The position numbers were made by a program, and so were the translations under genes. 64,000 bases of DNA from positions 78,150 to 142,149 of the forward strand of contig JAWLHY010000014.1 of assembly GCA_041690135.1 (NCBI GenBank), read 5' to 3'. The notes under the pieces were generated by a model. It had not been told where the DNA came from. It did no database searches and was given only the letters and a program-made list of their open reading frames with translations. This DNA comes from Armatimonadota bacterium (lineage in GTDB: Bacteria > Armatimonadota > SYMT01). Shown here piece by piece: positions 19,108-28,962 of the stretch. Position 1 is the stretch's first letter, and each line of letters begins with the position of its first letter.

Positions 19108-21927
19108 ATGCCAGCCCTCTCTCTCCGCCTGGTGTTTTCGGTCGCTATCGCACTCATTGCCAGTCCGGCAGTGATTCCGGCTCCCGCCCAGGCGGTTGGG
19201 CCGAACAATGCCGTTGTGGTGGACGCCCGCCGCGACCCGCGCCTGGCGAGAAAGCTGGTGCTGCGCGCCGAGGCCGTGCCGGTGGTCCACGTGCTCCGGC
19301 GGCTGACGGAGCAGACGGGGGTGACGCTCACCGCCCGCGGCCCGGCCGGGGACGAACGCCTGATCGCCTTCACGCACGAGAGCACGCTGGCGGAGATCAT
19401 GCGGGCGATTGCCGATCTTTACCGGCTGCAGTGGACCCGTGGCACGGGCGAAAAGCCGGCCTATGTCCTCAGCAAGCGCCCGGCCGAGGCCGCGGAGGAG
19501 CGGGAGCTGAAACGGGCCGCCTTCCGCCGCCTCCTGGAGCGGGTCCACGGCGCCATCGCCGCGGCGCAGAATCCCGAGGTGCCGGCCACGATCCGCGAAC
19601 CGCACCGGGAATCGTGGCGGCGCAGCATGGGCCTGCGGGCGGCCGCCTTTCGCCAGGTGGCCGCGCGTTGGGACGAACTGCTCCAGGAGAGTTACCTGGA
19701 GGTTCCCATCCCCTCTCTCCCCGAGGCGGAACGGAAGCGGGTGATGGAGCTGCTGGTTCCCTTCCTGGAGCAGCAGCACGCCGATCGCCTCCGCAGCCGC
19801 GAGCAGCTTCTGGCGTTCCACCGGCAGCGCGGCGAGGAGCCGCCGAAGGACCTGCTGGAAGTCCCCAAGTTAATGGGCCCGGATGACTACGCGTTCCGGA
19901 TCGCCTTCAATCTCGCGCGCGGCGGCGAGCTCTGGATGGCGTTGTGGGGCGGCAACATGGGTTCCATCCTCTCGGAAGGGCAGGCGGAGGCGCTTCCGGA
20001 ACTCGGGATGGAGCTCTACGCGGACCGTGCCGTGCGCCCCGCCCCGGAGAGGATGGCGGACAGGGTGGAAGGGGCGTTGGGAAAGCCCCTCTCACTCCCG
20101 GCTTCCGCGGTAATCCCGGTGCAGGAGAAGGTTTCTCGCACCGCTCCCAACACCACCGTGTGGACGCTCCGCATTCCCGCGGACCGGAAACCGGGAGAAG
20201 AAGCGCCGAAGGACTGGATCAGCCGACTATCGCTGCTGGCGGACGCCACTGGTCTCGCGTTCTTCTCGGATGCCTATGACGAGCGCCAGGTCCCCCGCGA
20301 CGGAATTCCCCTGTGGGCGGCAGGGAAGGGCACCGTGGCGGAGGCCTTGGATGCGCTTTGCCGGGGCGCAGCCTGGAATGGGGGCGTTTCGCTCTACTCC
20401 CCCCTTCCGACCAACAGCTTCTGGTGGGCGCGGGACCGGACGGTGTTCCTCCGGAGCCGGCGCTGGCTCTGGGCCGAATACATGGTAGTACCGGCCGCCC
20501 TGGTCGACCGTCTTTCCCTCGCTCTTCGGGAGAAGCGGAACCTCACGGCGCTTGAACTCCCCCTGCTGGCGGGCCTCCCGGCCGTGCGCGGGACCGGGCA
20601 GTCGGTGGTCCCGGGCCCCCTCACCGCCTGGAAATACGGGCTGCAGTTGCCGCTTCAGCTCAGCGCCGCTTCGCGTGCGCTCCTCACCGGGCCGGGCCTG
20701 TCGTTGGAGAATATGCCGGCCGCGGACCGCATCCGGCTGCTTCCCACCCTGCCTCGCGGGACGGAAGGGCGAGATCCGACCTACGCGGCCTCGGTGACCC
20801 TCCGGCCGGTCACACGTCTTGGTAGCGGCGTGGTGGGGGCCGAGGTGAGGGTTCAGGTAACTCTCAACGGCCAGGAGAGCGCTTCGCTCTACACGGTGCC
20901 GCTCCCCGCCTCCGGGGGATTCGACCTGCTGGTCGCTCCCGCCCGCCCGGCAAGCTCGCCGGATCTGCCGCGCCTGGTCTGTGCCCTCTATTATCCCTGG
21001 TTCGGCCTGCCGGAGGTGAGCGGCAAGCTCCACAAGCAGGACCGCATCGATCTCCGGCAGCGCAAGGTCGGCAGCTTTGCCCACTATCCACAAACCGGTC
21101 CCTACGACAGCACGGACGAGGCCGTCCTGCGCCGTCACCTGGCGCAGGCGAAGGGGGCGGGGATCGACGTGCTGGTCTGCTCCTGGTGGGGACCGGACGA
21201 CCTGACGGACCGCGCTCTCCGGAAGTTGATGGCACTGGCCCGGGGCGAGGAGCTGCGGGTCTGCCTCCTTCTGGAGCCGTGGGCCACCCCGGGATCTCCG
21301 GAGAAGACGGCGACGCAGCTTGCGGAATGGCTCAAGGAATTCCAGCGAGAAGAGGCCTATCTGAAGGTGGAGGGGAACCCGGTGGTCTTTCTCCAGAACG
21401 ATATGAAAGGGAAGCTTCCGCCCCAGGGCTGGGCCGAGGTGCTGGCCAGGCTGGAAAGGAACGGTCCGCTCTTCCTGGTCGGGGGGCGCACCCACCGGGT
21501 CGAGGCCTCCGTCTTCGCGGGCCTCCACTCCAATCTAGGCCTGCCGCGAGGCCTCCGAGATAATCCCGCCGCGGTGCGGAACTGGATGGATCAACAACTC
21601 CAGGCGACCTCCGGTTGGGGCCGCGGCCGTCCCCCCGCCGTGGTCGCCACCGTCATTCCCGGTTTCGACATGCGTCACCTCTCCCAGACCGACTATGCGG
21701 TCTACCGGAACCGGGGCCGTGTCTACCGCGACAGTTGGGAGGCCGCCCTGAAGGCCCGACCGGACTGGGTCCTGATCAACAGCTTCAACCACTGGCAGGC
21801 CGGCACGGAAATCGAGCCCTCCGACCAGTTCGGCGACACCTACCTCCGCCTCACCGCCGAGTACGTCGCCCGCTTCAAAGCAGCCCCACCCGCGGAAAAT
21901 CCAGCCGGAAACGGGTTGACGAAATAG
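19108..21927 (+). CDS. Secreted multidomain protein: STN-like N-terminus and C-terminal GH99-like domain lacking the catalytic glutamates
   Basis: Signal peptide from MPALSL; LYYPWFG, YPQTGPYDS, AGIDVLVCSWWG, ATVIPGFD and SFNHWQAGTEIEP motifs. Confidence 0.8.
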   Translation: MPALSLRLVFSVAIALIASPAVIPAPAQAVGPNNAVVVDARRDPRLARKLVLRAEAVPVVHVLRRLTEQTGVTLTARGPAGDERLIAFTHESTLAEIMRAIADLYRLQWTRGTGEKPAYVLSKRPAEAAEERELKRAAFRRLLERVHGAIAAAQNPEVPATIREPHRESWRRSMGLRAAAFRQVAARWDELLQESYLEVPIPSLPEAERKRVMELLVPFLEQQHADRLRSREQLLAFHRQRGEEPPKDLLEVPKLMGPDDYAFRIAFNLARGGELWMALWGGNMGSILSEGQAEALPELGMELYADRAVRPAPERMADRVEGALGKPLSLPASAVIPVQEKVSRTAPNTTVWTLRIPADRKPGEEAPKDWISRLSLLADATGLAFFSDAYDERQVPRDGIPLWAAGKGTVAEALDALCRGAAWNGGVSLYSPLPTNSFWWARDRTVFLRSRRWLWAEYMVVPAALVDRLSLALREKRNLTALELPLLAGLPAVRGTGQSVVPGPLTAWKYGLQLPLQLSAASRALLTGPGLSLENMPAADRIRLLPTLPRGTEGRDPTYAASVTLRPVTRLGSGVVGAEVRVQVTLNGQESASLYTVPLPASGGFDLLVAPARPASSPDLPRLVCALYYPWFGLPEVSGKLHKQDRIDLRQRKVGSFAHYPQTGPYDSTDEAVLRRHLAQAKGAGIDVLVCSWWGPDDLTDRALRKLMALARGEELRVCLLLEPWATPGSPEKTATQLAEWLKEFQREEAYLKVEGNPVVFLQNDMKGKLPPQGWAEVLARLERNGPLFLVGGRTHRVEASVFAGLHSNLGLPRGLRDNPAAVRNWMDQQLQATSGWGRGRPPAVVATVIPGFDMRHLSQTDYAVYRNRGRVYRDSWEAALKARPDWVLINSFNHWQAGTEIEPSDQFGDTYLRLTAEYVARFKAAPPAENPAGNGLTK

Positions 21928-22215
21928 AACATCTGTTTTATATAACCCTCAGCCAACCCCCGGCCATCTCCATATCTGACAGTGCTACCAGAGGGTTGGT
22001 AGGGCGCTCGCCGCACCCGGATCGGCTGCAGTGCAACTGCCCGCGATCAAACATACCACCCGAACATTTACCCCCCCCACAGGGGGGCCTGACCACCCGA
22101 ACACCTTTCCCAAATCTTTCCAATCCCATACGGGCCGTAGGGCTGCGCCATCTGTGGACTCTCCCCAACCGCCTGAAAGCCCGAAAGCCCGAAAGCCTGA
22201 AAGCCTGAAAGCCCC

Positions 22216-25200
22216 ATGACCACCCGCACCTTCCACTTCACCGAGGGCAGTTCCAGCAAGTTCTGGGCTATCAGCCTCGACGGCAACTCCCACACCGTCC
22301 AGTGGGGACGCATCGGCACCAACGGCCAGACGCAGACCAAGGAGTTCGCGTCGGAAGAGGCCGCCCATACCTCGTACGAGAAGCTGGTCGCCGAGAAGGT
22401 CAAGAAAGGCTACATCGAGCAGGGCGTCGCCGCCGGAGCAGTCGCGCCCAAGAGTTCTCCGGCCACTCCCCAGGCTGCCCCCGAGCAGCCGCGGGTTGAA
22501 ACCGCGCGGCTGACCGACCCTGGAATAGAAGGCAGAAGGCAGAAGGCAGAAGGCAGTCCTCTCGGAACTCGGAACTCGGAACTCGGAACCGAGAACTCGG
22601 AACCGGGTGGGCCGCGGGTTGAAACCGCGCGGCTGACCGACCAAAGTCCGCCTGCGCGGACTCCGAACGCGGATCTTGGAAACGGAAGCTCGGAGCTTGG
22701 AGCTCGGAACTCGGAACCCGGCTTCCCCAATCCTAATCTTCATCCTTATCCTCATCGGGAACTCGGTCTCCGCCCCGAGGACTGGTTCTGGGCCACCTGG
22801 CGCGATCTGGATCCGCTGTCCACCCGGGAGCCGGCGCCGTTCGACCAGGCGGCGGCGTGCGCTAAGGTGGCGAAGACGCCCCGGCAGCAGTACGGCTGGG
22901 ACTGGGAGTGGGACAAGGTTGATCCGCCCCGCTTCATGACCCGGGAGGAGGCGCACTTCTGGCTGGTGGCTATGACCCAGGCCAACCGGCTCAAGACCCC
23001 GAAAGAGCTGGCCGAGCACCTTTCGAAGCAGACCTTCGCCGGTGACCTGTCGGTGGAAGATGTACTCCAGCGGATAGAGAAGGCGCAAGGTGTGCCGTCA
23101 CCGGAAGCTTACCTGGTGCTGGCCAACCTCCTGCCCCCGCGCACCCTGGTGGAGAAGTTGCTTGAGTACGAGGTCAGTGCGAAGGCGAATGCCGGCCGCA
23201 GCCACAGCGCGAACCGCAATGTGGATGCGTGGGTCGCCACCCTGGCCGACGGGTTCCGCCGTTACGGGGTGCCCTACCTCACCCGGGACGAGCGCCGGGA
23301 ACTGCGGGAATTGATCCAACAACGGATCACGCCTTCCCTGTGGCCGACCTCACACTACGACGGCGTTCCGGCAGTCATCCGGTTCGGCGCCTACCTCGGA
23401 TGCCACGAGGCGATCCGGGCGGTGGTGGAGAGTCTCCGGGACGACTTCTACACCGGGGAGGACTGGAGCGACCACTACCACCGGCCCCAGGAGATCCTCT
23501 TCGGCTTGGGGGATCCCCAATTGGTTCAGGCCGAGATGCACCGGCTGAAGCTGCGGATCGTCCAGGAAAACCACATCCGCGGCTGGCTGGCGCACACCGA
23601 GTATTCCGCGCTCGACCACGTCCGCCGATCCCTGCAGACCATCGGCAACAAGGACGAAGCCGCGGCGGCCGTCCAGCTCTTCGCGATGGTGCGTGCCCCG
23701 GAACTGGCGCCGGAGATGGTGGAGTTGATGCTCCACTCCAAGGCTCCGAAGGTGGCGAAGGAGTGGTTGGAGGCCAATCCGGGATTCGTCATTCCCGGTC
23801 TCATGCCGCTTGCCGCCGGGCGCGGTCGGGCGGCGGAAGCGGCCCTGGAGCACCTGCGGTCGCTGCGGCGCCGCGGACAGGAGGCCGCCCTGGTCGCGGC
23901 CCTGGAGCCGCAGACGCCGGAGGTGGCGGACCGCATCCGGACGCTGGTGATCGACTATCGGGAGAAGGTGTACACCCCCTTCGACGAGACTTCGACCCCC
24001 GACTGGCTCCGCGATGTGCTGCCCACGGTTGAGAAGAAGCTCCGGCCGCTCTGGTTCGCTACCGAGGATCTTCCGCCCGTCACGGTCGGCGAGTACCGCC
24101 TGGCGGAAAGCCAGGTCTCGGCCCTGCTGGCGGCGCTCCAGCAGAGTAAGATCGACGCGCCGCACCCGCTGGTGACCGCCGTGCGCGCCCATGCGGACCG
24201 GTCCGCTCTCGATACCCTGGCATGGCGGCTGTTCGAGCTCTGGCTGACGGAGGGGGGTCCCGCGAAGGAGAACTGGGCGATGGCCGCCATCGGGCTCCTG
24301 GGCTCGGACGCCTCCGCCCTCAAGCTCACCCCCCTGGTCCGGGCCTGGCCGGGCGAAAGCCAGCACCAGCGGGCCGTACTGGGCCTGGAGTGCCTGCGGT
24401 CCATCGGGACCGATACCGCCCTGATGCAGATCAACGGCATCGCCCAGAAGCTCAAGTTCAAGGGCCTCAAGACCAAGGCCGCCGAATGCATGGAGGCGAT
24501 CGCGAAGGACCGGGGCTTCACCCGCGCCGAGCTCGAGGACCGCATCGTCCCGGACTGCGACCTGGACGAGCGGGGGAGCCGGGTCTTCGACTTCGGACCC
24601 CGCCAGTTCCGCTTCGTCCTCGGTCCCGGCATGAAACCGATGGTGAAGGAAGCGGACGGCAAGGTGCGGCCCGACCTTCCCAGGCCGAATTCGAAGGACG
24701 ATGAGGCCCTCGCCACCGCGGCCGTCGAGGAGTGGAAGCTCCTGAAGAAGATCGTGTCCGAGGTGGTCAAGATCCAGGTGGTGCGGCTGGAGCAGGCGAT
24801 GGTCACCGGCCGCCGCTGGACCCCCGAGGAGTTCGAGACGCTCCTGGTCCGCCATCCGCTCATGGTGAACCTGGTCCGGCTGCTGGTGTGGGGCGCCTAC
24901 GATGCGGAAGGCCGGCTGACCGGTACCTTCCGCATTACGGAAGACCAGAGCCTGGCGGATGAGCACGACGAGCCCTTCGAGCTGACCGGCGCCGCGGCGG
25001 TCGGCATTGTCCATCCGCTGCACCTGTCGGACGAGCAGCGCCGCGCCTGGGGCGAGCTGTTGAGCGACTACGAGATCGTCCCGCCCTTCCCCCAACTAGG
25101 CCGCGGCCTCTTCTCGCTCGAACCGGGCGAGGCCGAGCAGACGGTCCTCGAGCGCTTCAACCAGGGCCAGATCCCGGCCACCGCCCTCGTCGGCACGCTG

Positions 25201-25497
25201 GAGCGCCTGGCCTGGATTCGCGGCATTCCGGAGGACGGCGGTGTCTTCTACGAGCACTCCAAGCCGTTTTACGGCGCCAACGTCACGGCCATCGTGCAGT
25301 ACGAGGATGGGGTGCCCGTCGGCTACATGGAAGGCTGGGAAGACCAGACCCTGAGCGGTTGCTTCTTCGTTCCCGGCATCTACAACGCCGACATCTACCC
25401 CGACCACAACCAGAAGCTCAAGCTCGGCGACATCGATCCCGTCGTCCTCAGCGAGGTTCTCAGCGATCTGACCGTGGTCCATTCCAAAGCGAAGTAA
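22216..25497 (+). CDS. WGR domain + DUF4132 protein (MolR/YehI-like)
   Basis: N-terminal SSKFW..VQWGRIGTNGQ..EKVKKGY (WGR domain); C-terminal ELEDRIVPD, FDFGPRQF, RLEQAMVTGRRW, IVHPL and DYEIVPPFPQL. Confidence 0.9.
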   Translation: MTTRTFHFTEGSSSKFWAISLDGNSHTVQWGRIGTNGQTQTKEFASEEAAHTSYEKLVAEKVKKGYIEQGVAAGAVAPKSSPATPQAAPEQPRVETARLTDPGIEGRRQKAEGSPLGTRNSELGTENSEPGGPRVETARLTDQSPPARTPNADLGNGSSELGARNSEPGFPNPNLHPYPHRELGLRPEDWFWATWRDLDPLSTREPAPFDQAAACAKVAKTPRQQYGWDWEWDKVDPPRFMTREEAHFWLVAMTQANRLKTPKELAEHLSKQTFAGDLSVEDVLQRIEKAQGVPSPEAYLVLANLLPPRTLVEKLLEYEVSAKANAGRSHSANRNVDAWVATLADGFRRYGVPYLTRDERRELRELIQQRITPSLWPTSHYDGVPAVIRFGAYLGCHEAIRAVVESLRDDFYTGEDWSDHYHRPQEILFGLGDPQLVQAEMHRLKLRIVQENHIRGWLAHTEYSALDHVRRSLQTIGNKDEAAAAVQLFAMVRAPELAPEMVELMLHSKAPKVAKEWLEANPGFVIPGLMPLAAGRGRAAEAALEHLRSLRRRGQEAALVAALEPQTPEVADRIRTLVIDYREKVYTPFDETSTPDWLRDVLPTVEKKLRPLWFATEDLPPVTVGEYRLAESQVSALLAALQQSKIDAPHPLVTAVRAHADRSALDTLAWRLFELWLTEGGPAKENWAMAAIGLLGSDASALKLTPLVRAWPGESQHQRAVLGLECLRSIGTDTALMQINGIAQKLKFKGLKTKAAECMEAIAKDRGFTRAELEDRIVPDCDLDERGSRVFDFGPRQFRFVLGPGMKPMVKEADGKVRPDLPRPNSKDDEALATAAVEEWKLLKKIVSEVVKIQVVRLEQAMVTGRRWTPEEFETLLVRHPLMVNLVRLLVWGAYDAEGRLTGTFRITEDQSLADEHDEPFELTGAAAVGIVHPLHLSDEQRRAWGELLSDYEIVPPFPQLGRGLFSLEPGEAEQTVLERFNQGQIPATALVGTLERLAWIRGIPEDGGVFYEHSKPFYGANVTAIVQYEDGVPVGYMEGWEDQTLSGCFFVPGIYNADIYPDHNQKLKLGDIDPVVLSEVLSDLTVVHSKAK
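22488..22756 (+). repeat. In-frame repeat mosaic in the WGR-DUF4132 linker
   Basis: Two GCCGCGGGTTGAAACCGCGCGGCTGACCGACC copies (22488, 22611); (AGAAGGC)4 at 22527; (CTCGGAA)4 at 22561; ATCCTN hexamers at ~22729. Confidence 0.9.
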
Positions 25498-25608
25498 CGG
25501 GGCTGGGCATGGCTGGGCCTTCGACCCCGATTGGGATGCCGGGTAAAATGATCCAACACCGGCCGGGCACCAGCCTTCCATGCCGGTCAAGACCGGGAGG
25601 ATACCGGG

Positions 25609-26175
25609 ATGAGTGCGGTTCTCTCTGAACGAAGATACACCCCCGAAGACCTGCTCGCCCTCGACGCGGATCGGGTCTATGAACTTGTGGACGGAGCCCT
25701 GGTGGAGAAACCGATGGGAGCCTTTTCAAGCTGGGTTGCTGGATTGATCCTCCACATGCTTGCCGCCGCCGCCCAGGATAAAGGCCTGGGCTGGGTCCTG
25801 CCACCGGATACCGGCTACCAGTGCTTTCCGGATGAACCACAGAAGGTCCGCAAGCCCGATGTTTCCCTCATCCGGCGCGGGCGACTGCCTGGAGAAAGGA
25901 TTCCCAGCGGGCACATCCGGATCGCTCCCGATCTGGCCGTGGAGGTCATCTCCCCCAATGACCTGTTCTACGAGGTGGACGCGAAGGTGAGTGAGTACCT
26001 GACCGCCGGGATTCCCGTGGTCTGGGTCGTGAACCCGGATGCGCGTACGGTCCAGGTGTATCATGCCGATCACTCGTTCGAGCGTCTGCAGGAAACCGAC
26101 GAGCTGACTCTGCCGGAGCTACTGCCGGAGTTCCGCTGTCGTGTGGCAGCCCTCTTTGCTCCGGCCGCGGAATGA
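25609..26175 (+). CDS. Uma2 family (DUF820) endonuclease, paralogue of 10431
   Basis: YTPEDLL, ELVDG, GYQCF, KVRKPD and APDLAVEVISP motifs; GGGAGG upstream. Confidence 0.92.
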   Translation: MSAVLSERRYTPEDLLALDADRVYELVDGALVEKPMGAFSSWVAGLILHMLAAAAQDKGLGWVLPPDTGYQCFPDEPQKVRKPDVSLIRRGRLPGERIPSGHIRIAPDLAVEVISPNDLFYEVDAKVSEYLTAGIPVVWVVNPDARTVQVYHADHSFERLQETDELTLPELLPEFRCRVAALFAPAAE

Positions 26176-26181
26176 AGCCCT

Positions 26182-28893
26182 ATGCAGCTACCCTCCACAG
26201 TAAACCTCGACCCGCAGGACTGGTATTGCGCCACCTGGCGTCAACTGCCGCCACTGAAGCGGCCGGAGCCGGCACCCTTCGACCGAGATGATGCCCTCGC
26301 CCGGCTCGCAAAGGTGCCGTCCAACGAAGGCTACACCTGGAATTGGTCCCGCGCTCGTATCTCCGAGTCGCTCTCCCGGGAGGAGGCGCACTTCTGGCTC
26401 CTGGCCATGGCCACCGCCACCGCTTCCGGAGGGCTGAAGGGCCTGCTCCGCAAGCTGGAGAAGGAGGCGTGCACGGGCGAGGTGGTCCGCAAGGAAGTGA
26501 CGGGCTGGCTGAAGCGGAGCCACCACGCGCGGGAGCCGGAGTTGATCCTGCCGCTCGCCGGCCTCTTTACGCTGGATGAGGTGGTGGACCTGATCCTGGC
26601 TGCCGCGAAGCACGACGACTACCTGGCGCTGGAGCTGATCGCCGGTTTCCGGCGGTACGTGCTGCCCTACGCCACACCGGAAGAGCTGCAGCCGCTGCGC
26701 GAGCGCTTTCGGGGGTCCTGCAATCCCGCGGCCTCCGCTGCGAGCCTGTTCACCCACGACTTCTATTTTGCCGCCCTGCTGGGCCTCTCCGACCTTGTCC
26801 TGGACCTCGTCGAACGCTGGCAGGCGGCGGACTACGCCACGGCCGGGTGGTACGGGCGGGGCGGCAACGCAGGGGTCTACCTCCTCCTGTTCGGCCTCGG
26901 CAGCCCGGAACAGGTGCAGGAGCAGCTCCGTCGCCTGAAGCTCCGGCTGGAAACGCCGGCGCACGGCCGGGCCTGGCTGGCGCACACGGAGGACCGGGCG
27001 CTCGAGACGCTTCAGAGCGGCATCCAGGCGCTGAAGAACAAGGCCGAGGCCGAGGCCCTCACCCGCGTTCTGGGGCTGGTCCGCACCGCTAACGTCGTGC
27101 CGCCGATGCTGGAGCTGGTCCTCAAGAGCCGGGACCCGCGCACTGCCCGGTTGTGGCTGGAGCGTCATCCCGAGGTGAGCCTACCCGCCCTGGTTCCGAT
27201 TGCGCAGGGGCGGAGCAAAGCCGCCGCGGTCGCCCTCGACCTGCTGCGCGGCTTCCATCACGACGGTCGCGCGCCGGAGATCGAGGCGCTACTCGCCGCG
27301 GAAGAGTCCGCCGCTGCTGAACGGTTGCGGGCGGCCCTGGGCGCCACGGAGACGGCTGAGACGCCCACGCTCAGCACTGAGGAGATGCCGCTCTGGCTTC
27401 AGCAGGGACTGTCTGCCGTGGAGCCGGCGAGTAAGCGGGCGAAACCGTGGATTTCCGCCCGGGACGTGCCGGTGCTGGAAGTGAACGGTCAGCGTCTCTC
27501 GGAAGAGCAGATGGAGGCGGTCCTTCGGGCGCTGCAGGCGAGCACTCCGGAAGAGCCGCACTTGCTGGTCCGGGGCCTGCGCAGCCATCTCGACCGGCTG
27601 AGCCTGGATGCATTCGCACTGGCGCTCTTCGAGTACTGGCAGCGCGACGGTATGCCCGGTAAGCAGAACTGGGTCATGACCACCCTGGGCCTGCTCGGCT
27701 CCGACGGCGCGGCCCTCAAGCTGGGGCCGTTGGTCCGCACCTGGCGCGAGGGCCAGCAGCACGCGCGCGTCCACCTGGGCCTGAAGACCCTCCGCGCCAT
27801 CGGCACGGACGCGGCGCTGATGCAGCTTTTCAACCACATGAACCAGCCGCGCTACGAGTCGCTGCAGAAGGGCGCCCGCGAGCATCTGGAGGAGATCGCG
27901 AAGGAGCGCGGCCTCACCATGGAGCAACTCGAGGACCACGCCGTCTCCGACTGCGGCCTCGATGCCACGGGCGGGCGGACCTTCGACTTCGGTCCCCGGC
28001 AGTTCCGGGTGGTGCTCGGCCCCGACCTGAAGCCGATGGTCCGGGATGCGGACGGCAAGGTCCGGCCCGATCTGCCCAAGCCCAACTCCAAGGACGATCC
28101 GGCCCTGGCCGAGGCGGCGGTGGGCGAGTGGAAACTGCTGAAGAAGCTCCTGGGGGAAGTGCTCAAGGCCCAGGCCGCTCGCCTGGAGCAGGCGATGGTC
28201 ACCGAGCGCCGCTGGTCGCGGGAAGACTGGGAGAAGCTGATCCTGCGGCATCCCCTGATGACCAACCTTGCCCGGCTGCTGGTGTGGGGCGGATACGCCG
28301 CGGACGGGACCCGGACTGCCCTTTTCCGCGTGACGGAAGACCTGACCTGTGCCGATGCAGAAGACACGCCCTTCGACCCGGCTCCGCTGGCGCAGGTGGG
28401 CATCGTCCATCCGCTCCGGATGACGGATGCGGAGAAGACCGCCTGGGGTGAGCTCCTGGGTGACTACGAGATCACGCCGCCGTTCCCGCAGATCGGGCGC
28501 CCCGTTTACACGCTCACGGATGCGGAGCGGAAGGACACCAGGATCAACCGCTTCAATTCCGGCAAGGTGATGGCCGCCTCGCTGGTGGGTGCGCTCGACC
28601 GCCTGGGGTGGCTGCGCGGCAGCCCGGCCGGCGATGCACTTTATAATGAGCACCTCCGCTTCTTCTATGCGACCGACCTCACCGCCGTCGTCCAATACGA
28701 GCCGGGTGTGAACATGGGCAACCCTCTCTATTCGGAGCCGCAAAAGCTGGAGGGCTGTTACTTCCTCCGGGGCATCCAGCGCTACGTCTTTAGCTACGTC
28801 CAGAAGGAGACCGTCCCCCTCGCCGAAGTCGACCCGCTGGTCCTCAGCGAAGTCCTCGCCGACCTCACCCGCGCCACCGCCGCTAGCGCATGA
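26182..28893 (+). CDS. DUF4132 protein, paralogue of 22216 without the WGR domain
   Basis: Shares DW..ATWR...PAPFD, REEAHFWL, FDFGPRQF, RLEQAMV, IVHPL and DYEI.PPFPQ with the first copy. Confidence 0.9.
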   Translation: MQLPSTVNLDPQDWYCATWRQLPPLKRPEPAPFDRDDALARLAKVPSNEGYTWNWSRARISESLSREEAHFWLLAMATATASGGLKGLLRKLEKEACTGEVVRKEVTGWLKRSHHAREPELILPLAGLFTLDEVVDLILAAAKHDDYLALELIAGFRRYVLPYATPEELQPLRERFRGSCNPAASAASLFTHDFYFAALLGLSDLVLDLVERWQAADYATAGWYGRGGNAGVYLLLFGLGSPEQVQEQLRRLKLRLETPAHGRAWLAHTEDRALETLQSGIQALKNKAEAEALTRVLGLVRTANVVPPMLELVLKSRDPRTARLWLERHPEVSLPALVPIAQGRSKAAAVALDLLRGFHHDGRAPEIEALLAAEESAAAERLRAALGATETAETPTLSTEEMPLWLQQGLSAVEPASKRAKPWISARDVPVLEVNGQRLSEEQMEAVLRALQASTPEEPHLLVRGLRSHLDRLSLDAFALALFEYWQRDGMPGKQNWVMTTLGLLGSDGAALKLGPLVRTWREGQQHARVHLGLKTLRAIGTDAALMQLFNHMNQPRYESLQKGAREHLEEIAKERGLTMEQLEDHAVSDCGLDATGGRTFDFGPRQFRVVLGPDLKPMVRDADGKVRPDLPKPNSKDDPALAEAAVGEWKLLKKLLGEVLKAQAARLEQAMVTERRWSREDWEKLILRHPLMTNLARLLVWGGYAADGTRTALFRVTEDLTCADAEDTPFDPAPLAQVGIVHPLRMTDAEKTAWGELLGDYEITPPFPQIGRPVYTLTDAERKDTRINRFNSGKVMAASLVGALDRLGWLRGSPAGDALYNEHLRFFYATDLTAVVQYEPGVNMGNPLYSEPQKLEGCYFLRGIQRYVFSYVQKETVPLAEVDPLVLSEVLADLTRATAASA

Positions 28894-28962
28894 CCAACAC
28901 ACCATCAACCATAAGCCGTGGTTTGCGGCCGGCTCCAGGTCACCGCACTAGCCATGCACCAT

